Of a DNA stretch of 64,000 nt, positions 51,178 to 62,088 are shown piece after piece. Position 1 is the stretch's first letter, and every line of letters begins with the position of its first letter. The stretch lies in assembly GCA_000004985.1 (NCBI GenBank), contig GG738860.1; one strand, written 5' to 3'. The notes beneath the pieces were generated by a model. The model saw nothing but the letters and a program-made list of their open reading frames with translations. It had not been told where the DNA came from and searched no databases. Position numbers and translations under genes: made by a program. The stretch is from Naegleria gruberi (lineage: Eukaryota).

Positions 51178-52995
51178 TTATTTAATGGTTGAAATTCCGA
51201 GCCGAGTTACTTCTTCTTCGAAATATGAGTCTAAGGCTTGTTCACTTGGGGACAAGTATCTGACAAGTGAGTCTGATGAAGCTGACATCATTGATTCTGA
51301 TCCCTCTTGTGGTTTAACTTTTTGTTCTAAAACTTTCTCTCTTCTTGTTTCTCGTTCAAACATCTATTAAATATGTTTAGTATATTCAATCTTTAGAAAC
51401 TTACATCATTGATTGCATTCTTTTCATCAATTACTGTCCTAGGTTGACCATTAAAATAGCCACTTAAATCATCGCTTAATTCAATATAACTAACTCCACC
51501 ATCCTTATCACCTACAGCTATATGTCTTCCATTTGCAGTGCTCACACATTGCAAACTCGAAGTAAGATGCAAATTAACAACTGGCTTAGATTGACTGTGA
51601 AGTACATCCCAAACACTGAATGTGCCATCCACAGCTGATGTGAAAAAGACTCCTGGTCTTGTAGGAGACCAGCAACCATCCGTCAGGTAAGAGTCACAAT
51701 ATTTAGTTTCCATAATCGGTGTTTTCCAGATATCGTCATAGTAAATTCTAGCACTCCAATCTCCAATAGTCAGGAAATATTTTGGATTGAAAGGGCACCT
51801 CTGAATTGCAAATATTGAACTGTGATGTCCAAGAAAAACTCTTTCAATCTTTTCTTTTCCTCCCTTTCTAGCTTTCCTATTCCAAATAATTCCTTGTCCT
51901 CTATCCGATCCAATCAATAATTTAGACGTCTAATATTCCAACTAAGATGACTTTTTGAATAATTGAAATACTTACGCTATATGAAGTGTCGTAATCCATA
52001 CATAAGGCTCCAAATTTTTGAGGCTGATAAATCTTAGATTGTATAATTTCCAAAGTATTCCTCTCGAATGGTTCTGTTAAATTTCTTACATCCCAAAATA
52101 ATACTTGTGCATCACTAGAAATACTAACACACTCTGTTGATTGCTTGCTTTGAATCCACTTTACAGAATAGACAGGATCTTTGTGGCTTGCATGACTTGA
52201 TGTATATTCAACAGGATTTGATCCTCTTCTTGTATCAAAAACATATAAACAACCATTTCTGGCTCCTCCAATTAAGCAAGTAGAATCTTTAGGATTAAAC
52301 TCTAAACAACTCAAAGGTGATGTAGGCGATAAGGCCATTTCAGGAGTATTTGGATTTCTGATATCCCAAATATAAGAATTCTTATCAATTTGCTCCGTCA
52401 ATGATTGTGATTGTGGTACAAAGTATGCAACAGCTAACTTTTTTGAATCACCCATACTCCAAGCAATATGGTTGGCTGTTCTTTTGAATTCAGAAGGATC
52501 TTTCAGAATTGTCAGAACAGTTGCAGTCGGTTTTGATGTTGTTGCTTGTATGAGTTGATCATCGAGAGCTGCCTCGCTCTCATCGGAATCGAAATAATGC
52601 TCATAAACATTCAGAGCAGTATTGAGTGATAAATTTCTCATCATTTCATTGGAAAGTGTTTGTGTTGATCTAATATAATTATCATCCTTTTCTATTTTCT
52701 TTTGATGTCTCTTTTTTGCATCCACGTCCAAAGCATTTACATCTTTAGGCCAACCACCTTCTGTGTGGACCATTCCAGAATTTGAATAATTCTTAGTGAG
52801 TGTATTTACAGCATGTTCACTTAATTCAGGAGCAGCTTGAATTCCGATATGACAAGGGTCTCTTTCTTTATAATTTAATGTTCGGATCTTTTCTTCAGGT
52901 TTGATATTTACTAAAATTATTGGTTCGGAATCCTCAAATTCATAGGGCTGCCCCAGCTCACGAATTTTCTTTTTATAACAATATACAATCTCCAT
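51178..52995 (-). CDS. DNAI2: Axonemal outer-arm dynein intermediate chain 2 (DNAI2/IC69). Exons are 52995-51976, 51929-51405 and 51363-51178.
   Basis: MEIVYCYKKK..., HTEGGWPKDVN, KLAVAYF...SYIWDIRNPNTPE, LEFNPKD, HKDPVYSVKWIQSK, VLFWDVR, FLGHHSSIFAIQRCPF...FLTIGDWSARI, VFFTSAVDGTFSVWD and the C-terminal MFERETRREKVLE match DNAI2 across the whole length. Confidence 0.85.
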
Positions 52996-53367
52996 TTCAT
53001 ACAAATCCTAGGTGAAGAGGTGGAGAACGTTTGTTGTGAGCAGTTATTGAGGCAATTTTTTTTAGTTAACTTTGCCGCCAAAATTTTGAACGATTTGGAA
53101 TACATCTTAAAGAATACATTTTCCAATACTTTGAGAAGGTCTTATTGATCCATTTACCAACCGAATAATATTCTAGTATTCGAGGTGAAATATTTGATAC
53201 TCTTTCAGCGTTCGATTTAAAACTAGTTTCCTTACTAATAAATGTCTTCTTTTTTAATATTTAATATTTGGCAAATAGGTAATAGAAATAAAAGATATAA
53301 TAATGAGATTAGATCATTGATGATTTGTATGATGAGTGTATTATTATCCATATTTAATACAAAAAAA

Positions 53368-54612
53368 ATGAGTCAAGCACCAAGTACCAATGTTGATCAA
53401 TCAACTCTCCGAGAGGAAATACAATTTGGCTTTGATAATTTGATCGGTTCTGTTCAATGTAAATTACAAAAAGATACAAATACACTCTCCGTGCAATTAA
53501 AGGAAGCTGCTACCGGAAGAATTTGGAAATTAAATATTACACCAGAAGTTGCAAACGAAATTAGTAAACAAGGAACAAAATTAAGCGTAGATGCTATTTA
53601 TCAAATGATTACCAATGCTTTCAAAGGAGAGGAAAAGACCCTTTCTATTGAATTATTTTTCACTCCACAAGCTTATCCTTTGAGCACTCCTGTTGCCGAG
53701 ATGAAGGATGTCACTTCTGCTTTGAGCGAAGTATTAAGTGAAAAATGCTCTCTTGTTGTTGATATTTCGTTGAAGGCTGTTTTCTTGACTGTTAAAGTTG
53801 CTTTTATTCTTGATGAATCAGATAGAAATGAAAAGGTCATGATTGAGGAATTACTTCGTAAAAACTTCTATTTTGGACAAGTTATCCAAAAACTTGAACT
53901 CAAGAACACATTGTTAGAACACAAATACTTGTTACAAAGCAATCAAATCACAGAATTGGAAAATAGAATTACTGAACTTACCCAACTTATTATTCAAACA
54001 TTGCAATTGCAAAAATTGAGAAATTTAGAAGCTCTTGTTGCTGAACAACCAAACATGATTGAAGAAGAATCTAGATCAGAAGAGCCTATGGATCAAATAG
54101 ATCAATTTTGTGAAGCTTGCAACCCTAACTGTCTAATTTCACAAGATAAGAAACATTTGGAAGCAAAAGAGACAGCTTGGGGTACTACCTGCAGATTGAG
54201 TAATTATGTTTCCATACATAATAATTATATTGAATTCAAAATAGAGAAAATGACTGAGGAATGTGTCATGTTCTTTGGTGTTATTACTGAAGAATATGAT
54301 AGTATTATTGCTACTGACAATAATGTAATAGGATCTAGCCAATATGTTGATTCATTTGCTCTATCATTGACTGATAAGAAATTGTACACAGGAGGCAGAT
54401 CTGTTGAAGAATTAGTTGCAGTTGATTGGGAAGTTGGAGATAAGGTAGGCATGTTGGTTGACTTTAAACATGCATCTCTCAATTACTTTAAGAATGGCAA
54501 GTTAATCGCCCAAGCATTCAAGGGATTAATTGATGAAAATAAGAGATGGTACTTTGGTGTGAGTTTGTGTAAACAAGGTGATGCCATTTCAATTGCTCCA
54601 AAGGATGATTAA
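53368..54612 (+). CDS. Coiled-coil protein with a C-terminal SPRY/B30.2-like domain. The start may lie upstream at 53242.
   Basis: AAAAAAAATG context at 53368. A central heptad region. The C-terminus WEVGDKVGMLVDFKHASLNYFKNGK...RWYFGVSLCKQGDAISI is SPRY-like. Confidence 0.5.
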   Translation: MSQAPSTNVDQSTLREEIQFGFDNLIGSVQCKLQKDTNTLSVQLKEAATGRIWKLNITPEVANEISKQGTKLSVDAIYQMITNAFKGEEKTLSIELFFTPQAYPLSTPVAEMKDVTSALSEVLSEKCSLVVDISLKAVFLTVKVAFILDESDRNEKVMIEELLRKNFYFGQVIQKLELKNTLLEHKYLLQSNQITELENRITELTQLIIQTLQLQKLRNLEALVAEQPNMIEEESRSEEPMDQIDQFCEACNPNCLISQDKKHLEAKETAWGTTCRLSNYVSIHNNYIEFKIEKMTEECVMFFGVITEEYDSIIATDNNVIGSSQYVDSFALSLTDKKLYTGGRSVEELVAVDWEVGDKVGMLVDFKHASLNYFKNGKLIAQAFKGLIDENKRWYFGVSLCKQGDAISIAPKDD

Positions 54613-54810
54613 TAAACTCTAGGAAAATAACTGTGAAGCGCTTCCTTAACTATTTTAAAATCGGATCATGATTTGTTGCTAATAAAGGTCCGTTTGCATA
54701 ATTCCGTTTAAAATCAATTAAAAAAAATGTGAGTATTGCATGATTGAAGAACGTTAGCCATTATTCTAACAAGACAATTTAATTGATTTTCATCACCACA
54801 GTTTATAAGA

Positions 54811-55234
54811 ATGACTGAAGTTGATTTATCAAACCAACCAATTCCTGAAGTTGATATTGCTATGGAAGAACTTGCCCAACACAAGGGTGAAAATGATTTA
54901 CCAATCTGGATCGGAGTCAATGGTAAGTTTCATCATCACAAAAACTAACCACAAATTTCATTATCTAATTTTAATTTAATATTTTGTGATTTTAGGTTTG
55001 GTCTTCCAAGTTAACGAAGAAAAGAGACACATGTATCAACCAGGAACTGGATATAGTATTTTTGCTGGAACTGATGCTACTAGAGCTCTTGCCAAGTCAA
55101 GTGTCAATGCTGCTGATCTTGAACCATATGGAAGTTTGGAAGGTTTGACTGAGAAGGAAATGAATACACTCAATCAGTGGATTAGTTTTTACAAGAAGAG
55201 ATATGTCATTGTTGGTAAAATAAAGAAGGATTAA
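54811..55234 (+). CDS. Cytochrome b5-like heme/steroid-binding protein of the MAPR/PGRMC/Dap1 family. Exons are 54811-54922 and 54996-55234.
   Basis: ELAQHKGENDLPIWIGVNG, then LVFQVNEEKRHMYQPGTGYSIFAGTDATRALAK...LEGLTEKEMNTLNQWISFYKKRYVIVGKI. The intron is GTAAGT...TTTAG in phase 1. Confidence 0.7.
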
Positions 55235-57084
55235 AATCTGATGGAATCTTTAATAACCAGTTGACCTTTTTCTAAATATTCTTTAGTATCATCAATGTAG
55301 AAAGTAAGTATTTTTGGTAGGTTGTTAATCTCAATACGTGAATTTTCGTCTAGTTTTAATTTCGAAAGAATGAATTCTCTAAGCTGTGGACAATCAATCA
55401 CACAATTAAGGTGGACACTGGACTGTGAGATGAAAACAAATTTCAAAGCAGGATGTGGTTTGGTTATGAAAATTTTGGAACCTGCTTTCCCATCTGAAAG
55501 AGAAAAGTAATTTAACTGTGGTAGTATGGAGAGGTCGAAATGAACCTGACAAAGTGCTAAACTTAAGGAAGTCAACTTTTCGAATACTGGCACACTATTC
55601 AATTCCATAGAGAAGTAGAATGGTTGGGATGATCTAAAACTCAAATTAGATAATGTTTCAATATTCATATCCGATTTCCTAATCTCATGACTAAAGGCTG
55701 TTGTAAACCTGTTCATCTTAGGTTCGCCGTTCACAAAGCATTCATCATATGATATTGATTTGATATCATATTTTGTACAATCAATGATCATCTCCATTAT
55801 TGGTCTCCAACATTTAATTCTAATGTCTTTACAGTTGATTTTCATGATATAGTCCCATGCTGCTCTTTTCAATTTTCCATCATTCAAAGTAAGAACGACT
55901 TGTTTGATGGTATGAATATGCTCTAAACAAGCAGCATTGGTCTCAACTAACTCAATCTCGTCCACACTGTCTATGTGTATTTTAACTGAGGAAGGTTTTG
56001 GAGGTGGTACTAATTCTTTAACATGTTCTACCCTTACTATTCCATTCGGTACTCTTGCCATTCGGAATGATTCCAATCTGTCGATATCCACATGCACTTC
56101 TTCAATATTATCAAAACCAAGCTCCTCAATAGAATTCCACATATTCCTTTCAATCTTAACACATTGTAAACAACAAAATCTTGCTTTTACAACTCCAGCT
56201 ACAGGAAGGCATTCCAAGAGGGTTGTATCTATATTTTCTATATTCATTTGTTCAATATTGAGCTTGTTATTCCTATAGGTCAATGATTTAACAGATTTCA
56301 AGCTTAAGCTTTTCAGGTTTGGCAAAATTAAATCTGTCATTTCTAAATTTACGCATTCCAATTCCAAACCAGCCAAAACGTCAGATCTAAAAGTATTATT
56401 AATTGATATGGAATCACAATTCCAGGAAATAGAATAAATATGAGTAAATAGTTCAATAGGGATCATATTAGTTGTAGACAAAAATGAAAAGAATTTGAAA
56501 ATTTCCGAATTTCCTCTTATTGATTCATAATTGACGCAGTTAGTGAGCTCAAAGGTTTTAAAGTTCTTATCTTTAAACATTATCAAATCTGTTAGAGAAG
56601 AAAGAGAAAGATTCAAATCAGTAATATTCTCATTATCTAAAACTAGAGAAGCAATGGGTGCCAAATTATCTGAATATATTGAAAGACTGTTTAGCTTGTC
56701 AAATTTTAGACTTCTATTAGAAAGCTCATCGTTTTTAAAATCGTAATCCATCCAAACTAACTTTTCAATATTTTTGAAATCGTTCAAAATTCTTGTTAGC
56801 CAAGACTTTTCTTGACCATTTTCCACATAACTTGTTGGAACTTTTACCATCGTCAATTTCTTAACAACCTGACTTCCACCCATCACTACATTCAACAATT
56901 CCATCATTTCATCATAAGTTTGTGAAAATATTTCCTCATCAAGAATAGTACCAACATTTCGATGGTAAATAGAATCTGATAAATAATCCCATCTCAGATC
57001 AACAAAACATGTTTTCCACAATTCGTAATTTTCCTCTCTTATCACTCTTCTAAATGTTGAACAGGTGTGTAGGAGTGGTAACAT
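55231..57084 (-). CDS. Hypothetical 617-aa protein with an F-box-like N-terminus and LRR-like repeats.
   Basis: A single ORF, MLPLLHTCSTFRRVIREENYELWKTCF..., with many LxxLxL repeats. Its 3' end overlaps the MAPR stop codon by 4 nt. Confidence 0.45.
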   Translation of the reverse strand: MLPLLHTCSTFRRVIREENYELWKTCFVDLRWDYLSDSIYHRNVGTILDEEIFSQTYDEMMELLNVVMGGSQVVKKLTMVKVPTSYVENGQEKSWLTRILNDFKNIEKLVWMDYDFKNDELSNRSLKFDKLNSLSIYSDNLAPIASLVLDNENITDLNLSLSSLTDLIMFKDKNFKTFELTNCVNYESIRGNSEIFKFFSFLSTTNMIPIELFTHIYSISWNCDSISINNTFRSDVLAGLELECVNLEMTDLILPNLKSLSLKSVKSLTYRNNKLNIEQMNIENIDTTLLECLPVAGVVKARFCCLQCVKIERNMWNSIEELGFDNIEEVHVDIDRLESFRMARVPNGIVRVEHVKELVPPPKPSSVKIHIDSVDEIELVETNAACLEHIHTIKQVVLTLNDGKLKRAAWDYIMKINCKDIRIKCWRPIMEMIIDCTKYDIKSISYDECFVNGEPKMNRFTTAFSHEIRKSDMNIETLSNLSFRSSQPFYFSMELNSVPVFEKLTSLSLALCQVHFDLSILPQLNYFSLSDGKAGSKIFITKPHPALKFVFISQSSVHLNCVIDCPQLREFILSKLKLDENSRIEINNLPKILTFYIDDTKEYLEKGQLVIKDSIRF

Positions 57085-57246
57085 GTATTTTGCAATTTGT
57101 TCCCAAAGATTTGTGTCATCGAATAGTTTACCTGGAGGGTAAGTCCAAAGTCAATGGTGGTCAATGGGTATGTTGGAGGTTTCGACTTAGTTTGGATCTG
57201 CCAACATCAGACGGTTCCTTCAACAACCAAAGAGAATTCGAACAAT

Positions 57247-57321
57247 CAATGGCTGAGCGGGCCACCAATGGCTGGGCGGGCCACCAACAACATTTCGCCG
57301 CACCAACAACATTTGGCCGCC
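57247..57321. repeat. GC-rich block of internally duplicated 20-mers containing CCAAT, directly upstream of the transposase ORF. It may be a subterminal repeat/TIR of a Harbinger-like element or a promoter.
   Basis: CAATGGCTGAGCGGGCCAC / CAATGGCTGGGCGGGCCAC / CAACAACATTTCGCCGCAC / CAACAACATTTGGCCGCC. A partial direct and inverted match lies at 59518-59605. Confidence 0.5.
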
Positions 57322-57376
57322 TAAATTGCTACAGGTGTAGAGGTGGTAGCAGGGTCATTTGTTTAAATTCAAAAAA

Positions 57377-59482
57377 ATGGAAGACACTGATATTCAACGC
57401 TTTTCTGATGAATACTCTCGCAACAAACTTAAACTTCTTCGGGATAAAATTGTTCAGAAATTATTATTAAAGCAAGAATGGAATATGGTATTCGAAGAAC
57501 TTCCAGTGTTGACCAAAAAAAAGAAAACCAGAAAGCAAGCTAAAGATATTCGCACTATTGATCACATCAAAGAGGTACTCCTAAAAAGATTAGGGTATGT
57601 GCCTGTGTATATGTTTTTGAATTTGATGGCAAGTATTTGTGGAACTCCAGAGGGCCCCTATAGAAAATCTGAACTGTATTTAATTATTCTATACATGCTA
57701 GTTAAAAACAAGTCAGCTGATGAGTTGGATTCTTTAGAAATCATTCCATCAACATCCATAAGAAGAGTTGCTGATCAGATTTGGGATGATAATCGAGATG
57801 AACTTAATGTCAAAGTTGACCAATTATTGGCCAAAATGTTTTCCTCACACATTCTCAGAAGTGTAACAGCCAAATTGGAGAATGATAAGGATTTTTTGTT
57901 TGCAACCATGTTCCTTGATGGTCATGACACAAGAATTGAATATAATAACCTGGCCACCTATTCTAGATTTGATTATTGGTCTTTTAAATTCAAAAATTCT
58001 GGTTTAAGAACCCAGGTATTAATGGATGTTAATGAATTTACCTTAGCTGTATCCAAATCAGAAGCATGTAAGGCCAATACAGACATGAAAATGTTTACAA
58101 TTATGGACATACATAATAATGTCGATATGACAAATCATGATGTTGTTTTTTTGGATGGTGGTTACTTTTTAGGAATGAACGATTATGTTGAGAGTTTACA
58201 AGAAAAAGGAGTAGAGTTTGGACTTGACAATTTCCGTACACCTATTAGAAAATCAAGAAATATCCCTTTTGACGACTCAGAGGCTGCTTATAATGAGAAA
58301 TTTGGTGCCTTTCGAGGAACCATAGAGACTCTGTTTTCATTTTTGGCTGAGAAATTTGAATATTTTTCAAACAAAAATCATGCCTCTTGTGTTGCTGAAA
58401 TGGAGCAAAAGTGGAATTTACAGTTCAAAGTGTGTTTGTTATTGGTTAATGTTTTAAAGTTTTGTAAGAAGTTTAATGTTGAGACACAAACCAAGCACAG
58501 ATTGTGGATAAACAAAGAATTTGATTTTGAGTTCAATACTGACAAAAAGTTAATTCCAACACCGGTATTGCAAGAGCAATTACAATATTCCAGAGACTCT
58601 CTTAAAAAACAACAAGATTATTTGGATAGAGTGTTAGAGATGACAGAAGAAGAATTAGAAGAAGAACTTGAGCGTACTTTTAGTCTTTCTGATTTTCCAC
58701 AATTTAACCCCAGCCAAGATATTACAATATCCAAACCAAAATCAAATCCTCAATCAGAAATTCCACCTAGATCTCAAGTAAGATCAGAAACATCACAAAG
58801 ATCTCAATCAAGATTAGAAACACCACCAAGATCTCAATCAAATCCTCAATCAGAAATTCCATCAAGTCCTCAATCAAGAACAGAAATTCCACCAACATCT
58901 CAATCAAGATCAGAAACACCATCAACATCTCGATCAAGCCCTCAATCAGAAACACCACCAAGATCTCAATCAAGATCAGAAACATCACAAAGATCTCAAT
59001 CAAGATTAGAAATTCCACCAACATCTCAATCAAACCCTCAATCAGAAATTCCACCAAAATCTCAATCAAGATCAAAAACACCACCAAAATCTCAATCAAA
59101 ATCAAAAACATCACCAAGATCTCAATCAAGTCCTCAATCAAGATCTGAAACACCACCAAAATCTCAATCAAATCCTCAATCAGAAATTCCACCAAAATCT
59201 CAATCAAAATCAAAAACACCACCAAGATCTCAATCAAGATCAGAAACATCACCAATATCTCAATCAAGTCCTCAATCAGAAACACCACCAAGATCTCAAT
59301 CAAGATTAGAAATTCCACTAAGTCCTCAATCAAAATCCAAACGAAATCATCCAACAAAAAGGAAAGGATATTACTCACCGAATGATGAAGACGCAAAAAG
59401 AGTCACACTTTCAAAAGAATACCAAAAGGGTGTATCAGGTAACAAAAGAAGTAGAAAACCGCCACCCACTTTCGATGCTTAA
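57377..59482 (+). mobile_element. PIF/Harbinger-type DDE (DDE_4/Tnp4-like) transposase ORF, intact over 701 aa, fused to a C-terminal SQS/PP tandem-repeat domain.
   Basis: DDE_4 blocks are present: FLDGHDTRIEY (first D), VVFLDGGYFLG (second D) and NEKFGAFRGTIETLFSFLAEKFEYFS (catalytic E), followed by CLLLVNVLKFC. No internal stops. Flanked by the GC-rich repeat blocks at 57247-57321 and 59518-59605. Confidence 0.65.
58741..59340 (+). repeat. Tandem repeat with a 30-nt period, about 20 copies, encoding SQS(R/N/K)(S/P)(E/Q)(T/S)(E/I)PP(R/K/T) units inside the transposase ORF.
   Basis: Repeated TCTCAATCAAGATCAGAAACACCACCAAGA-type units. The antisense ORF 58767-59396 is an artefact of this repeat. 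Confidence 0.8.
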
Positions 59483-59517
59483 TGGTTTGGTTTGACTAGT
59501 ATTGGCTTTGTTTTGTT

Positions 59518-59605
59518 GGAGCGGCCAATTAATGTTGGCCCGGGCAAATAGGTTTTGGCGTGGCGGGAAACCATTGGCGTAGCGGGAAACTGTTGGTGTG
59601 GTTGG
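59518..59605. repeat. GC-rich block downstream of the transposase ORF. It shares CCATTGGCG/GCGGG motifs with 57247-57321 in both direct and inverted orientation.
   Basis: GGAGCGGCCAATTAATGTTGGCCCGGGC...GGCGTGGCGGGAAACCATTGGCGTAGCGGGAAACTGTTGGTGTGG. The reverse complement of its start resembles CCAACAACATTTGGCCGCC at 57302-57321. Confidence 0.45.
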
Positions 59606-59940
59606 CTTTTATTTGCCCCACCAGCAACAATTTACAACTACAACAACCAAAAACAGTACCAGAAACCACCTACCACCACCAACACACACCATTTTGGAGT
59701 TACCCTCCTGACGGAAGAAAATAGGAAAAGATGTATGTGAGAATTTCACGAGGGAGGTGATCTAGTTGTTGAGACATTTTTTTTTAATCTATTATTTGGA
59801 AGATTCAACTTGGCATTGTAAAGCTCAACCATTACAAAAAAGTGAGAAGTTGAAATTCGAACAAAATCTGTAAAACACCAAAAAATAGAAATCATCACTT
59901 AGTTGTTATTAAATCCTTAATAAAAACTCATCAAAAAAAA

Positions 59941-61293
59941 ATGAAAAGAAAGAGTGAGAGTGATCACAAGACGGAAAAACTAGAAAAAATTCAGAAACTT
60001 TCCAATGACCACACCTCTCCGAATTTTACTACTAATTTTGAGTACTCGATAGCTTTGGCTGATGATCGTGATGATCAGGAATTTGGAATAACTGTTTCGG
60101 AAAGGGAGGAACAGATTGAAAGTAATTTAATTGTATCGTGCTCAACCTCAACGACTAATAATTATAGTAAAAGCAAAAAAGATGTTAGGAAGGAAAATAG
60201 AGTTTCGGATTTGATGATAATTGGAAAGGAAAATGTAAATATCAGCAATAGAAATATTTTGGAATATTCGGAAAATTTCAATGATTTAAATAATACAAGA
60301 AATTGTGTTTTTGCTAATGATGAATTACATGAAATATTTTCATTCTTACCAGTCGAGTATTTGGTAGACGTGTCACATGTTTGTGGACAATGGAGAGATT
60401 TGATTCATAACGTAAAATTATTTCACCACTGGAAAGATCACATAATTTCCAATGGTATATCTCAGTTCCACAAGAAAATCAGAAAGAAATATTCCAAGAT
60501 TATGCCTGTAAATTATATTGCAGATATTAGATTACAGTTATGTAATCATGCTATTTTTCTACTATTGATTTTAACCACATATGGATGTTATATAGCTAAT
60601 TGGGATTTTACTTATTGCTATATGTGGACTCTTGGAATCATTTTATGGATCCATGTTTCCTTCCATGTGTTTGAGTTAGAGTTTCGATCTCATTTGCAAC
60701 AAGTTAAACATGACATAGATAATCAATTATTATCACTTGATTTTTCAATTGAAATGAATGTCTTACCATGCTTTTTGAAAATAGCCTTGATACAAATCAT
60801 CAGTACACTCTCTATAGTGTCGACAGCACTCATTCTGATGTATTTAATTTGGAAAATAGAACAATTTAATTTCATTGAATTGTTGAATATTCAAGTCAGA
60901 ATTCCACTCCTTCTAATATTTTACGGTTTAACTAGATATCCCTTTTTACTTCTTACCAAAATTCTCCAAAATGGATTAGTTTCAGTTGCCAATTTTATAA
61001 CCACCTCCTTAGTGTTATACTTTGAGTGGATTATTATTCAGAGTCACCTTAATTTTCCAGAAAGATTCCTAATATTTGTGATTGTTACATTAAGATACTA
61101 TCTTTTCTATGATAGATGCGACATTTTGTACCGTTTGGCAAATCATAGAAGTATCCAAATTCATACCATGATGAGATTATCTCTTGTGTCATTCCCTCCT
61201 CTGAGCTCACTACCGATTTTAATTCACTCAAAATATTTTGGCTCTGAAGTTAGTGAATCCTATTTCTCATTCCTAACTGATCATATAATTTGA
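59941..61293 (+). CDS. Hypothetical 450-aa protein with an F-box-like motif followed by a multi-pass transmembrane region.
   Basis: LHEIFSFLPVEYLVDVSHVCGQWRDLI is F-box-like. Five or six hydrophobic segments follow. Single ORF. Confidence 0.4.
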   Translation: MKRKSESDHKTEKLEKIQKLSNDHTSPNFTTNFEYSIALADDRDDQEFGITVSEREEQIESNLIVSCSTSTTNNYSKSKKDVRKENRVSDLMIIGKENVNISNRNILEYSENFNDLNNTRNCVFANDELHEIFSFLPVEYLVDVSHVCGQWRDLIHNVKLFHHWKDHIISNGISQFHKKIRKKYSKIMPVNYIADIRLQLCNHAIFLLLILTTYGCYIANWDFTYCYMWTLGIILWIHVSFHVFELEFRSHLQQVKHDIDNQLLSLDFSIEMNVLPCFLKIALIQIISTLSIVSTALILMYLIWKIEQFNFIELLNIQVRIPLLLIFYGLTRYPFLLLTKILQNGLVSVANFITTSLVLYFEWIIIQSHLNFPERFLIFVIVTLRYYLFYDRCDILYRLANHRSIQIHTMMRLSLVSFPPLSSLPILIHSKYFGSEVSESYFSFLTDHII

Positions 61294-61348
61294 TATCTGT
61301 ATGATCAAAAATCAATCTAGTTTATAACTTTCAAATTATCATTTTTTG

Positions 61349-61997
61349 TTAATTGGTACTATTTTCCAATTCAATATTGTTATATTCAACTAATTCAATA
61401 TTTCCATTTTCAGATATCCTTATTTTCAACCAAGCACAATTAGAAACCTTCCAACGATAACCCTTTGTATAATTAAAAGTATACATGATTGAGTTCAATA
61501 CACCACCGTGTGTAACAACAAGAATTCTGTCTCCATAAAGTTGTTTTTCTGAAACAATTTCTTTCAAATATCCTGTCAATCTTTCATATACTTCATTGTT
61601 TGATTCAATTCCTTCATCCCATCTGTGGTTAAGAAAATCTTCTTTATCTGCAGTTCTATGAGCCATCTCACTACTATTCTCCAATTCGAAAGCTCTCAAT
61701 TCACTCACCAATCTTCCTTCCCAACTTCCCATACCATTTTGAACAATATTCAATCTGTGGATATTTATCTCCAACAATAATTTGAGCAGTTTTGCTTGCA
61801 CGTTTCAAATCGGATGAATAAATTCTAGAAAAATTCAATGATGAAAATATATTATTTAATTCTCTTGCTTGTGATTCTCCCTTTTCATTCAATTCAATAT
61901 CAGTGTGTCCTTGTAATTTTCCCATTAAATTCCAATTTGTTTCTCCATGTCGGGTCAAATACACTTCACAATATGATGAAGAAGTTTCTTGAGCCAT
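61349..61997 (-). CDS. Histidine-phosphatase (phosphoglycerate-mutase-family, PF00300) protein. The coding frame changes near 61760-61800, from a frameshift or unresolved splicing.
   Basis: In frame A: MAQETSSSYCEVYLTRHGETNWNLMGKLQGHTDIELNEKGESQARELN...SSDLKRASKTAQII. In frame B, downstream: RLNIVQNGMGSWEGRLVSEL...RILVVTHGGVLNSIMY. Both halves are required for an intact PGAM fold. Confidence 0.6.
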
Positions 61998-62088
61998 TTT
62001 TTTGTAATGAATTTGAACGAAAAGAGATTGTAACCCAATAGACCTATCAAAATTAAAATAATTCAAGTTGTTTAATATATTACAAAGT

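Noticed and set aside
57054-57470. 138-aa ORF overlapping the GC-rich left flank of the transposase
   Set aside because: It runs through the repeat block and into the transposase start. It has no conserved motifs, and its frame is kept open by the GC-rich repeat composition.
58767-59396. 209-aa minus-strand ORF (ILIEILVVFL... repeats)
   Set aside because: It is the antisense reading of the 30-nt tandem repeat inside the transposase ORF. It is purely repetitive with no independent start context.
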